Source: Lingula anatina (lineage: Eukaryota > Animalia > Brachiopoda). Taken from it: 64,000 nucleotides of DNA. Location of the stretch: NCBI GenBank assembly GCA_051362555.1, contig CM120645.1, positions 4,340,001-4,404,000 of the forward strand, given 5' to 3'. The translations under genes were made by a program, and so were the position numbers. This document shows positions 24,801-39,047 of the stretch, piece by piece; position 1 is the stretch's first letter, and each line of letters opens with the position of its first letter. Below the pieces are notes generated by a model, which saw only the letters and a list, made by a program, of their open reading frames with translations, was not told where the DNA came from and searched no databases.

Positions 24801-27800
24801 TATCTGCTTCCCAACAAGACGCAGAGGTGGTCAGTTGTCTCGGTCAGTAGCCTTACTCAATAAATTGCTGTAATTGACCGCTTTGGAACTTATCGTGGGG
24901 GGTGGTTTTCAAAACGGAACAATGGTATGTGTGTGTTTCTCAACAAAAGAAGCGGCATGTGCAGTCGTTTGCTTACTGAAGAAACGAGCATAACGCCCAT
25001 GGTGGTGACTCTAATTTGGACATATGTCATCGCCTTTTTAAAACAGCAAGAGATAAGCAAGGAGCATAAAGAGCAGCCATTTGCTTTCACTCAATAAGGA
25101 TGTCGTTAGTCCTGGTCACTTTAAGTGGACATTTCTACAAGGGTGGTCTTCAGACATCAGAGAGACACTGGACGTAAATGGTTCTTGTTTACAAGAAACG
25201 TGGAGCACCATGACAGAAGTGAGCATTTATCCCGGTGAATGGCTGGAATGTGATAAAAAAGCATACAATGTGATAAAAGACAGTCCACCGTGCCCGTGGT
25301 CGACAATTACACATAACATCACTGTTAGGCAGGTCGTAGCAATAACAGAGTATAGGAGGAAACATTCATCTGTTTCTTAACGAGACATATTATCAGTGTA
25401 CCGACCAAGAGTTCATTCCCCTTTTTACGACCGATTTGAATGGCATCCTTAAAGTATGCACTTAAAACGATGATAGTTAATTCCTTTCGCTGAACACAAC
25501 TGTTCCGGTGTTTTAAGTTTCAATTCCTGCTGTAGTAATAGAGCACACTTATTCAAAATTATTTCTGGCATGTACATTTAAAATGCCATTGTTTTCTTGA
25601 AGAACGGGATGCCCCTCACATATTCTATTCTACAACATGTAAGGCTAAGAGGGGCCGTTTGGTTTCAAGCGGGAAAATGCAATAACCAAATTTCTGACAT
25701 CTTCCATAATTTTTCTTATTCCTACCCACCATTATTTTTTCATCTTTCACGCCCAAAATTACAACTTGTATAAAGGTATTTTTTTGAAAACACATTTTCG
25801 GTACTTAACTGTGTCCTTGAACAAATGAATGTTTTTATATTTTATTCTATGTACCAATATCTTCACTTTGCGTAAAAAAACAATACTGTAATTGAGTAGG
25901 CGTAGGGAGTTTTATTACTTTATCTATTTGAACAAAACTGCAACTTGTACAAGTTTGTACTCATGAATTTTAATTTATGAGTACAAATTTGTAAAAGATG
26001 AGTACCATAGCGGTCACTTACAGCAGTTTGTTAAAACGAATATGATCATTTAAAACATTTACGATCTCTTATTCTGATATTCTAAAATATAATGTAATTA
26101 CAATAGACCTACTTTTTTAAATTCGCTCTGTGCATCTATTCCAACGCAATTTGAGTAGCTAATTCCTCTGTCACTAAGTAACTTCCCACAAATGCCAAAA
26201 CATATATATTCCAACTGTCGTCTGCTGCCAGTCATTTTATCATTCGTTGACACACAAGCCAAAAAATATTTTTGTCTGATGCCAAAAGTACTCGTGATCG
26301 TTTTTTACCAGATAGAAATTGCTAACCAGGTGACGACATTACGCAAAGGAAGCACGACAAGCATATATACATAATCCTGTTTAATCATAACACAATGCTG
26401 TATATTAATTAGACAGGTGTATAACTCATAAACAGTATCGATGAAAAATGTATATTTTTTTGTTTTCAAACCATCCGCGGAGCCTGGTGGCGCCATTTTA
26501 ACCGCGTTGTCGTGGTCGTACAAGACACTGCGGTATTCTTCTTAACAACAAATATATTAAAATTTTGTGCATGGAGTAGATTTTAATAAAATTGCCACAC
26601 ACTTAATAATTAAACGCCTACGATCTGCGTTCTTTTCAATATTGCACATGGTGTTATTTCCGCAGTCGTAAATTGTTTTCATGATGATTAAAGAGACTGT
26701 TTATTTTGTAAAACGTCTGTGCAGAATAATATAATTAAAAAGCGATATCTCATAATAGACACATCAAAACACCATTGTCTACCATTAGAATTATTAATGT
26801 TATTTTAATTAGGATTAAAGGGCTAATTTGTTCAAAGGTGTTAAAGACAAGTCAATAATTTGAAAGATGTTACTTTGAATTGAAAACCATATTTTATTTG
26901 TTTTGCACATTGCAAAGAAAAAAGTTGTCTTAACTAAATTGAAATAAGAGTGATTTTTTTTTATTTTGCATTTCCCTAATGTCTAAAAAATTCATTTTGT
27001 TTGACTTTTGTGTGGGCTGTGCGTTAAAAAAGATACATCGTGTGCGAGACACCCTGTCACATACACATAAATGATGTATCCCTAATAGCAAACTACTTAC
27101 AATTAAGGCTTTTGGTAAGAATCAAGCTGTGCAGAAGTGAGGCATATAAGAACATCTTGCAAATTACATGATCAACTTAAATAGACTTCATGCTACTTGA
27201 TTTCTCCGTCGGTATTTCATTCATGACATAATCGTTTCATTTGTAAACCCGTCTACATGCTTGGGTTCTATGCTTCCCAGAGAGGTTAGAACGGTTTAGG
27301 AAATAAATAAATAAATAAATAAAAACCGGGCGTTTTATTTACAAATCCAACCTTCTCCTTGTACGATTTGTGCCAAATCCGAATTATTATTATTATTATT
27401 ATTATTATTATTGCTGTATGTCTTGATGGTTCTACCCCAAAAATCAATTAAAGGAATACTGGTTTTTCATAAGGTCTTTTGTCGTCCAGAAACAGAATTT
27501 TGACTGTGATACATGCTAAATTGATGTCTTTATAGGAGCGACAGAGTCACTTTATTTCAATGTGGACATTCACAGCGTTCCGCACGCTAATTTTTACGGT
27601 TCTGCCTCATAAGCACTCTCACTTTATCAAAATGCTTTAAGCCTTCTTTATGTATAGAATGGGGTTGGGGGATGTATGGTCTTTGCTAAAAAGCGTTCTG
27701 CTCCACGAAGCAGTCTTTGTCCGACCCATTTAATACCTGACTGACAATTGCGTTAAAATAGCGCTTGATGCACGTTGTTAAAGGGAATGTTTATGGAATT

Positions 27801-30800
27801 TGAGACATAAAGACACTTAACAGAATATATAGGAAGTCTTTGACATTTACTCGGCACAATGATCATCACTCCTCTGAAGCAGAAACTCCAAAATGGTGGT
27901 CATAACTGTTGAAGCCCAATTTTCCATGGTCGAGTTATTTTATGTATTCCCTTATTTTTCATTTACGGTAAAGTAAAATAATTTAAAATGGTTGTATGGT
28001 GGTATTTGTGTTGCCCGTCATTCGCGTAATGTTTTTTTACTTGAATGAAACTCTTTAAATCGTTTAAATACATTAAAAACAAAAAGAAATTTGCCTTCAA
28101 ACATGTGAGTCCTGAACAGGAAGGTTACTATTGTTTCTTTTTTCCCTTTTCGAAACATTATGCACTTTACCAATTGAAGGGGCATCAACTTACAGACCAC
28201 CATTTTAGTCTTACTTAATCCTAGAAAAATTAGTAGTCGTCCCATAAAATGAAGCATTGCGCCCGTTAAATGTTTATATTTTATAACAGCATTTTCTTTA
28301 CAAGTCCGCTAATATGGATTTAAAGGGATAGTAACTCTTCATATGAGTTCTATATTTCACAATAAAACATTGTTATCAACTTATAGAAATATAATCTATT
28401 GTTTTACCACGAAAACGGCAGTTATAGCTATTATTCTCATATCTGAGCTTGTCATCGGACCACGTGACCTCCATAGATGGCTATACTCTGTAATAATCTC
28501 TTAAGAGATTATTGTAAAAAATAAAACTTTTTGGAAATAAACCAGGGACTAACTTTGAATGTAGAAATGGATTCATTAACCATTGGTAAGTATGGGAAAA
28601 TTGTTGTTTACTCCAGGAAAATTCATTTTTGTCCAAAACGAACAGTTATCCCTTTAACTGAAGTATACCAAATTTTTGGCCTAAAGGCATTATTGTTTCG
28701 AACCAATAAATTATATAAATCTACTACCTATGGATCTTACTTAAACAGGAGTATACCATTTTTTGATCTGTTGGCAGTGTTCCCCCAGACTGTCCCTTCA
28801 GTCACATATACTGTACATGCACCGTGGCTCAAAGGTGAACGGGTGACAAATTCAGGGACAATGGTCAATGATTTAAACATAAAACCGTGTAACTGGGTCT
28901 CTCTGTACCGTGACCGCTTTAATGGTGGTCGACATGCAGACAACTGCGTTTAAAAGCCGAGGTTTATAAACCTCGTTCCTGGCGTCTTACGTGTTGTGTT
29001 TTAATAAATTGTCTTTGGTAGTAGTGATGACTGACCTTTGGGTCAGCAAGGGTGACTGTTCTCCTTTTTGCACTAAAAACGTTACTTTGGTCACAGAAGT
29101 GTAGAGTAAAGTGCGACTACCCCTTCCACGCACGCGCAACTCAATCCCACAAACGGAAAGATACATTAATTCATTATAGGCCTATATTGCTAAGTTATGT
29201 TTTTACTAAAACCATTATTTGACAACTGCAACAGTGAAAAGAAAATATGGCCCTCGAAAATTTACATAGTGCTTGTATGTATGTATTATTTTTTTACATT
29301 TGATTATTTTTTGCCCTTATTTAAAGTTGGCACACGTGTTATGTGCTTTCTTGGTATATTCTTGTGGTCATATAGGGATGTTTCCTCTTCATGTGAAACT
29401 AGATAGATATAAACAGCCTGCTGACCCAGCTGATAAAAAGACTGTGGTGGGATATGCAATTCCAATGTAGTTCAAAATCAAATATACCTTCTTTTTCATC
29501 CAGGAACAATTCTTTAATGGAAATTTTGTTCAACAATGTCTCGGATATGCTATCCACTTCTCTCGAGTTCAATAATGGCGAAAAATAAAATGTTCTAATG
29601 ACAAACGCGTCAAAACCTGTGCAAAGTATATCTCAATGGCCTTAAAAAAACTTCCAGCGCCACGAATTCATTCATTTACCTGTGAGGCAATTATGACTGT
29701 GCGTTATTTTTGTATATAATAATTTTGTTGTGTTATTTGGAAACAGGTGTCACGTTTATAAAACACCATACATGTATTTATTTATCTTTCTATCTGTTAA
29801 AGTCGCAGTATGTATAATATTTTGTTTATGTCGTGTATATTTGGTAACTATGTTTTGTATCCCCTTTTGAAGACATTATTGTTGCACTTGACCTTTTGAC
29901 GTGAATTTACATGAAATTAACGTACACCATTAAAAGTTTTAAATTAATCTGAAAAAATTTTGAGGAATATTCTAGCTGTTCTAAGATTCATGATAAAATT
30001 TCCATCGTAATTATTTGATAGACTACCTTATTGCATTTCCATTTTATTAAGAACATTAAAGACTGTGAGAGCCGCATTTAAAAAAGTTGAAAGAGGGTAG
30101 TTCATCTTAAATTTACGTGTTCTATACTGTAGGTGGACAAATGACATTTGAAGATGCATTACGTTTCTGACACGTTTCGGTAATTAAAACGTCCGTTAAC
30201 GCAAGTAAAATCCGCGAAAAATCATGTAGGCCTTATGTTTATCAACATGATTCATAGGAAACCAATAGACAGGATAATTGATACTTTCAAGGACGAAAAA
30301 GAGAAAAAGGCTGATAAAGTCAGGTTACGCCACTTTAAATATCGCAAGTTAAATATACGAAAAAACGACACTTATAAATCGTGCAAAAAAATAATCACCA
30401 ACAAAATGGATGTTAAGCACATATCCGCTCGTTGTTTCACATTGGTCGGAAAGGGAACCCCTATGAATTTGGTCAATTAGTAGGGAATGCTCTTATTTAT
30501 TTTCTTACTACACTTTGGTACACCCAAGAAAAAAAGAGAGAAATAATAGTGACACATATGAATGGCGTATGTAACATATTTGAAATAGTAAGGCAAATGA
30601 GCGTGTCCATTTCACTAACCGAATTCACACATGCCCTCACACACAACTATACCAAGATTAAGTAACGAGGTGTGGAACATGCTCGAAAGTTTTGAGCATT
30701 AATCGGAAAAGGAGCACCTGCCAATTTGCATTATATATCGCCTTTTGATATCTGATACGCAAGCTGCAAGTAAAAAATTCAAAATACGTCAGGGGAAGTG

Positions 30801-31497
30801 ATAAAGATGCCTTTGCATGAAACAAACATGATTTTTATGCGCCTAAGAAGAATAACGGAAAAAGTGACACCTGCATGTAAAAATGAACAACTCCCCCTTC
30901 TTTCAAAACTAAGACGTCAAAAGTGACATTCGTACACTAAAAACATTCAGGTGATTAAGTAAGAAGAAGACACTTTAACACCTCTGAATAAAAATTTCAC
31001 GTGGGTTATGACCCAACACCGGAAGACAAGCACCTGCAAATATGGTTAATTTTTCTTATTAAAAACTGAGCCTCAAAAACGTAATATACAATGCATGGCA
31101 GGGGGATGATTGAGGAGTTTGAAAAAAAAATCTGAAGAGACCCCCTCCTGAGGAGTGCCAGAGCGACAAAGCTGCGGTTCGTTGCGTCCCATGGAGATAA
31201 ATGCCCCTTAATTTTGCGGTAATTGACATCATATAAGTTAAACTGCTCATTCCCCGGGACTTTTATCTGTTTGACAAGTTTATAGGGACGCGGTACTTCG
31301 TCAACTGAATTCAGCAACGCAGTTAAAGTCGTTCGAGTTTAGTCATTTGTTTTTGTGAAATACTCTATTGAAAGTGTTTACGGTGCATTTTTTCACATAT
31401 CTGGATTACAAGGACAAAAACAACGCAATAAAAGGAAAACGTCGCGTTTTAAACATAACTGATACACATAGAAGACAACATAGCGATCGCCCGGGAA

Positions 31498-31724
31498 ATG
31501 GATACGAGCATTCTTCATCGGGCTGCTGTAGCTGCAGCATGGGTGGCCGTCTTACAACTGATCCTGGTTGGTCATACGGACGCTCGGTCCTGCAAACCAT
31601 GCTGGTTGACCATGACCGGACCCTGCCCAATCGTCCAAGGATGCGAAGTGGTGCTGAGGCCGTGTGGATGTTGCCCCGAGTGCGCTCTCCCTCAGTTTGC
31701 CAGGTGTGGAGCATACACAGCAAG
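31498..31724 (+). CDS. Perlustrin/IGFBP-domain secreted protein A, exon 1 (signal peptide plus IGFBP N-domain Cys1-9)
   Basis: MDTSILHRAAVAAAWVAVLQLILVGHTDA-RSCKPC...RPCGCCPECALPQFARCGAYTA carries the GCCxxC IGFBP signature; donor AG|gtaagc, phase 2. Confidence 0.9.
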
Positions 31725-32479
31725 GTAAGCGTTGTAGATATTACAAAATTAAATATTTATGTGTCTCAAAGAAAGAAGAAATTAATGCCACACGTGCACA
31801 CGACCCACAGCGACACTTCGCAATGGAAATTAATGATCATGCAGTAGGTCTATCTTTAATCAATTATTGATATGAGCGACAGACTGCAGTACATTTCAAA
31901 GCCCCTCTCATGAAGTTTCTCTATAATCGATATTATTCAATAACTAAGTTTGGCTGTCGTCAATATGTTGATTAGGAGACCTCAGAAAAGTGATATCGAT
32001 CGAGATCAACGACATTAAAACTTTGTTTCTGTTGTTAAATAAGCAGCGTTTTCATTCTTATCTGTTTTATTTCATTGTGCCCAAATGCAAATTGGGCGTT
32101 TTAACTTTACAAATGTTCCTAATTAAAATACGAAGAAACAGATTCAACCTTGGATGCTGTTTAGATTTGCATGTTATTTTTTTGTTAGAAATATACATCG
32201 AGCGCCCTCTTTCGTCCTAGGAGTTCAAAATTTAAAATAAATCAAAATGGCCATTTAATATTTCAAACTTCATGATATTAATTTAAGAGAAGATCCCTTA
32301 AGACGTAACAGATACAGCTGTTTAAGAAGAAAAAAAGGTATTTTGAGCTCCAAAAATAACCTTAATCTTGATCAAAACTCCAAGACAAACGTTTGGTTTT
32401 CTTCTCTAGTTCCTTTCGTCACAATTCTGTAATATTATGGTTAATTTTTGTAAAAAAAAGTAAGTAAGAAAGGTGTAGA

Positions 32480-35400
32480 ATTTGCTTGGTTATCTTTATC
32501 ACTTTATGTTTATAAACTTTCTTCTTCCATATTTTCTAGGTACACATGTAGATCCCAATTGTTACTACTTCTCATGCTTTACGATTAATAGAGAAATAAC
32601 CATAAGGTTCTTCTTATCTTCCAATAAACCTTGTTTTTGGGAAGGAGAATAACCCACATAATGCTTTCACTGGTATGTACAGAATATCCTTTACATAGAC
32701 CAATAAAGATAAGGTGAGTGCTGATCCCTAACATTCAAATATTAATGTTGTAAAAATATTTTTTGAATTGGTGCTCATCCATAACATTATGCAAAATATT
32801 ATCAATGTTACAATTTGATATTCTGTGGGATCATTAGGTACCTCAATTTTCAGAACATGCTGCAAGTACTGATACTCGAAATGTGTGGGATGATTGTATT
32901 TATGTTATCTTACTTTGTTTTTTGTTTTACGAACAAAATTTTTGTCTATGTGAGTGTGTGTCATGTGTATGAATGTGTGATGTATGCAAACCTCATAGGT
33001 GAGAGCATCCTGATCAAGCAATGTTTAGGGTCAAATGACATGTGGGTTAATGTATGTATGGGGTTGTATGTTTGTGAAGTGATGCATAATTGGAGCACTA
33101 CACCAGATATGAATGAATATATTATCATGATATCTGCATGTATAACTGTGATGTGGACTTGCTTACTCTACAAAATATTTTACACCGATATAATGAGCCA
33201 TATATTCCATAGATATACACAATCTATGGATGTCATCTGCGTACTGGATTACTTGAAAGTATTATAATTCACAAAATTGTTATTTAATCTATGAGTTTGC
33301 ATATCGTTAGTTTGAATTGTAGGGGTCTTGGAGGTACTCAAAAGAGAAGAGACGTCCTGAACTATTTGAAACAACAGAAATACTCAATATATTGTATCCA
33401 AGATACCCACTTTACAGATAGGGACAAATCAAAAGTACATTCCTTGTGGGGATATAAAACCCTTCTGAGCCCTGGCAAATCAAATTCAAGAGGTACGGCA
33501 ATCCTTTTCAACAATAACTTTGAATTTAAAATAATGAGAACGTTGTTCGGAAAAGATGGAAATTATTTGATTATCGAAATTGAAGTTGAAAATAATTACT
33601 CTGTTTTACTTATTAATTTATATGGACCAAACAAAGATGACCCGGAATTTTTTGTTCACCTCGGAAATATCATAGAAGATTTTGAGGGTCACTTTGTGAT
33701 AATGATGGGGGACTTTAACCTAGTTCAAGATAGTGATTTAGATTATTATAATTACAGACGTGTTAATAATCCCCAAGCAAGAGATGCTCTCTTACGGCTG
33801 AAAACTAAATTCAATTTGATAGACCCATGGAGAGCTCAACATGAACAGAGGAAACAATTCACTTGGTCCTCTAATAACCCTGTAAAAAGAGCTAGGCTTG
33901 ACTTTTTCCTTATTTCTAACGAACTCATGAATCTTGTTGATCAAACTGAGATAACTTATGGATACCGAACAGACCACGCAATGATACATCTGAAACTTAC
34001 TCTCTCTGAGCAGAAAAAAGGGAAAGGTTTCTGGAAAATGAATAACAGCCTTCTAAAAGATTTTGAGTATATAAGAGGAGTAAAGAAAATAATAGAGGAT
34101 CTAAAATATCAATATTGTGCCAGTCCATATAACAAAGCAGAGTTATGTAAAATTAGTGACAATGATCTGGACTTTCTTGTGGATGAGCAAGCATTTTTTG
34201 AACAGATATTATTACAGGTTAGAGGCTATACCATTGCCTATAGTTCAGCAAAGAAAAAGGAGAAAAATATAAGAATGAAGACCCTGGCTGAAAAAATTAA
34301 GAAATTATATTCCATGTATACAGATAACCCCACATCGAATTTAGAAAACCAGCTCCAGACTCTGAAACTAGAGGAAGAAGAAATGAGACATGAACATATT
34401 AGAGGGGTCTATATAAGAACCAAAGTAAAATGGTCAGAGGAAGGGGAAAAACCAACTAAATATTTTTTATCCCTGGAAAAAAGAAATTTTGTAAATAAAA
34501 CTGTAAAGAAAATTATAAGGGAGACAGGCCGTATTATTACCGATCAAGCAGAAATTTTGAAAGAAATCAGAGATTTCTATAACCATCTTTACTCGAAACA
34601 AGATAACTACTCTGAAATTTTTGATTGGAATAATATAATCGATAAAGACAAAATAAACATATTAGATGACAATACGGCTAGGCAATTAGAGGGAACAATT
34701 ACTTATCAGGAAGCTCTAATAGCCTTAAAAAGTATGAAGAACAACAAATCACCTGGCCCCGACGGTTTTTCTGTCGAATTTTTTAAATTTTTCTGGAATG
34801 ATATAGGAACGTTTCTTGTGAGATCATATAATAAGGGGTTTGCTAAAGGTCACTTGTCCATTACCCAGAAACAAGGGGTTATTTCAATTTTACCCAAAGG
34901 GGATAAACCACGGGAATTTTTAGAAAATTGGAGGCCGATATCTCTCTTAAACATCTCATATAAAATCCTCTCTGCTTGTATTTCAAATAGATTAAAAAAA
35001 GTTTTACATTTGCTTATACATGAAAATCAAACGGGATTTTTGAAAGGACGGTTCATTGGTGAGAATACTAGAATTGTTTATGATGTTTTGCAAATTACAA
35101 AAGATAAAAAAATCCCAGGAATGATACTCTCAGTAGATTTCCTTAAAGCATTTGATAGCATATCTTGGGATTTTATGAAAAAAACTCTCTCGTTTTTTAA
35201 TTTTGGTGATGACTTTAAAAAATGGATAGATGTTCTATATAATGATCCTGAATTATGTGTAATACAAAATGGTATTTTCTCTAATTTCTTTAAAATTGGC
35301 AGAGGCTGCAGACAGGGAGACCCTGTATCACCCTACATTTTTAATTTATGTGTTGAGATCCTAGCTATTCTTATAAGACAAAACAATAACATAACAGGAA

Positions 35401-37410
35401 TAAACTTGGGGAGGGTGGAAGTAAAACTATCTCAGTACGCAGATGACACAGTGCTTTTTTAGATGGCTCAGAGAAAAGTTTAAAGAGTGCACTCGACTTA
35501 CTGTTTCAGTTTTCCAAGTACTCGGGGCTTAAGCCCAATATTAGTAAGACTAAAGCCATATGGATTGGTTCAAAGGCCAACAGTAGAGAAATTATCTGTA
35601 AAGATAACAATCTTAAATGGACTAACAACCCTTTTAATATATTAGGTATAGTTTTCACAGCTGATTTAGAACAAATGAATGAGTTGAATTATACCAGCAA
35701 GCTTCAGCAAATAGAATTAGAAATGTATCGGTGGGGAAAAAGAAATATTACTACTTTAGGTAAGATTACTGTAGTGAAGTCTTTAATTATTTCAAAAATA
35801 ACACACCTACTGCTCTCTCTTCCGAGCCCTACCAAAGAGTGGCTGCAAAATTTACAAAATATGCTATTCAAATTTATTTGGCACGGTAAAACAGAAAAAG
35901 TTGCCCGTAAAACACTTATTCAGGACTATAAACAGGGAGGTTGCCGTATGATACATTTAGAATCCTTTGTGAGGGCGCTAAAAATTTCCTGGATTCGCAG
36001 ATTGATAACCTCTGATAAAATAACAAATAAACTTTTTGCTGAAGCCACTGGATCGGATGTTCAGAGATTGACTCAGTTTGGACCAACTTATGCAAAGGAA
36101 ATATCTAAAATTCGCAATTCTTTTTGGAGAGAAATCTTAATATACTTTTCAGAATATTCAGAAAAAATGGCAAGTAATAGTCTCGATGTCATTCTCAGAA
36201 CTCCAATCTGGTATAATCCTGCTGTATTATCAGATGGCAGAAGAATTTTTTATAAGAATTTGTATGACAAAGGTTTCCATATTATCCAAGATTTATTTAA
36301 CAGCGAAGGGAAATTCCTATCATTTGACTATTTTGTAGAAGAGTTTGAAATTCAGATTCCTTTTACTCTGTATTATGGATTAAGGCAAGCAACCTTTGGT
36401 GCCTACCCTGTGCTTAGACTTCTGAATGCTAACGTTATGTTGCCATTACCGCAGATCTCTAACCCAGTTAAAACATTATGTAACGATAAAAAAGGATGTA
36501 GAAGCATATATGACATTTGCATAAAAAGTCTCGGTCAGAGACCAAAATGTGAAGAAAAATGGGAACAAGAGTTAGGTATCAAAATAGACTGGCAACTAAC
36601 GTATACCAATGCCCTGGTTAAAGTTAAAGAAATAAGATTGAAATGGTTTAATTTCAGAATAATCCACAGAATTTTGGGTACCAAAGAGTTGCTGTTTAAA
36701 TACCATATGATCGAGAATCCTCTTTGTAGTTTGTGCAACAAACAGGCTGAAACGATAAAGCATCTATTTATGGACTGTGAATTAGTGAAGCTTTTCTGGA
36801 CAGAGGTTGAACTATGGTTAAGTCAAATTACAGGAAATGTCTTCAAAATACTGCCATCTGATCTCATTTTTGGAAGTAGCGATAAAGTTAAAAACCTTGT
36901 AATTCTTCATTCTAAATTTTTTATTTTCAAAAGTACTAAATTAAATTCTAGATTGCTACTTAAACCGGAACTTAAATCTACTTTAATGAGTATAGCAAAT
37001 CAAAACATATAGTTATTGTTTCAGTTTGTCTTTTTTACTTTTTATTACTTATTAGTTTACTTCTAATTATACATGTATATAAATCTGTATATATTTGTTT
37101 GTATATAAATAGGGTGTGCGTGCTAGTGTGTGTGAGGTTGGGTATGCGTGAGTGTGTGCAGGAGCCTTTATTTAAATAAAAATTAAAAAATTGTGATAAA
37201 AATAGATAAGTCACTCTGGTACACTTCAAATGTTATCAATTTCTTATCAACCTGAATGTTTAACGTACCATAAAAAATTTAATTAATATAACATAGTATA
37301 TTTTCTCTTAAGTGTGAGAGTGGGAGTGACTGTAGTTTTCTTTTTTGTACTACATATATGCTGTATTTGTGAAGTATTGTGTCAATAAAAAAAAAAAAAA
37401 AAAAAAAAAA
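32480..37410 (+). mobile_element. 5'-truncated L1-clade (Tx1-like) non-LTR retrotransposon in intron 1 of gene A
   Basis: 14-bp target-site duplication aagaaaggtgtaga (32466-32479 and 37411-37424), 3' AATAAA plus poly(A) tail, near-complete ORF2, no ORF1 seen. Confidence 0.93.
33291..37012 (+). pseudogene. LINE ORF2 (APE endonuclease, reverse transcriptase, CCHC finger) split by a 1-bp frameshift
   Basis: APE motifs SLNCRGL, IQDTH, GDFN, RLDFFL and TDH; RT motifs KSPGPDG, WRPISLLN, DFLKAFD, GCRQGDPVSP and YADD; C-terminal CSLC...HLFMDC. Adding one T to the T-run at 35455-35460 joins ORF 33291-35462 to the frame of ORF 35675-37012. Confidence 0.92.
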
Positions 37411-39047
37411 AAGAAAGGTGTAGATATTCTATCCTTATGCACAATATTGCTGATTTAACTTTAATTTGAAAAGGCTGATTGAACATAAAAATATTTGAGT
37501 TTTAGTTCCACTTTTCAAGCTATCACTGCCTCCTACCTTTAAAATTTTCGTGTCTGCACTTTATCATGGTCTTGGTTTCTTATAAACCGTCAAGATCATA
37601 ATGAGGCGAATCTCCTTTAGAATTAATATGAGTGCAATTATATTCGCCTTTTTATTTTGCCACCCCCAACCACCCATGTTGCCTAAAGGTGGGATACTGT
37701 GTTTCTCTTCAAACAAGTGGGTAAACAGCTTTTAGAAAGTCGTTGAGATCGGGTAATGGATCTATAGACTTGCTCCTGAAAATGGCATCGATCTATTCAG
37801 TTTTTACAGACTCTTTCCTCTAATAGATTTTTTTAACAAAAAAAAGTTGTGTACCATTGTTCTTAGGCAATGCTGTCCACAGCTGGGTTTAATTTATATA
37901 TATTTGTAAATGAATAATTAAAAGAATAAAGAAAGTTGAAAGTCAGCTTGAAAAAACATCTTTTTCTTCAGTAACCTTCATTTTAAGTACGGCAGAGGAC
38001 AATGTGTAATTTTCAGTGCGAAAGCAACACAATAGAAAATTTACACTATTATATTAGAAAGAGTTTTCAAAAAGTTAAAGGTTTTTTGTTAGTATTATCT
38101 GTATTACCGGTTGAAAATGCACCTTGTATAAACGACATCATAAAAACGTTCATTTGAGAGCAGATTCCATCAATGGGGATTCTACTTTAGTAGCCGAAGT
38201 TTTAACAACACAGAAAGCAACATACGTGTAAATCCGAGATTTCCGTCAGGGTATGCTAACTGCATCGGTGTAATGTTTGTAAACTACACCATTATAAAGT
38301 TTAATTGCGAAATTATGTGAGTTAAACTGTTCCATGTGAACAAACGCCTCCTTATGCATCATCAGTGGAGGAACACAGAAACATATGGAAGAGTACTATC
38401 ACGTTCAGACGCATTCATTCATAAAAGTTCTATTTGAATTCCTGTTTGCGCATAACCTGACGATGTCATGCATTCACGCACTCGAATTACAGTAGTTTTA
38501 CTGGAAGTAAAATTACACGTTCCGTACATTTTTGTCTCTAATTAAGACAGCATAACACGTGTGAATCATTTTGGAAAAGTTATGTCCGATATTTAATATG
38601 TAGAAGGTTAATGTTTTAATTATAAATCAAGAGATAAGTCACATGTCTGGCATTTTTTGTTTTGTGTCATCACGCCTTTGTGGCAGCAAAGGAAGAATAA
38701 TTATTTTCGACTTGGAAAGTATTTTCGAACCGTACTTTTGAGAGACCATAAATCTGAAATCGAAAATAACGGCTTTAAAAACTATCTGACAGACTTAAGT
38801 GTACTTTGCATTATCTTTTTATTTAAAATATTGCTATTTGTCCATACTTACTGTATACATGCATATATTCGAACTTGGGTATTTCGCCAAGACAAATGAA
38901 AATATTTCAAATATTGCACATATTTCTATCAATAACAAAATCCATTCTATAAAAACAGTATGGTAATTGGTTTACAAAACTATACTAAAGGAATGATTAT
39001 TGAAAACTGTTTGATGAGCCTGACCAAATCCTCTTTTATATTGTCAG

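Noticed and set aside
28531-28953. 140-aa plus-strand ORF
   Set aside because: Non-ATG start, no recognisable motif and no supporting splice structure.
32815-33267. 150-aa ORF upstream of LINE ORF2 as a possible ORF1
   Set aside because: No coiled-coil, RRM or zinc-knuckle features; the composition reflects TG-rich non-coding DNA.
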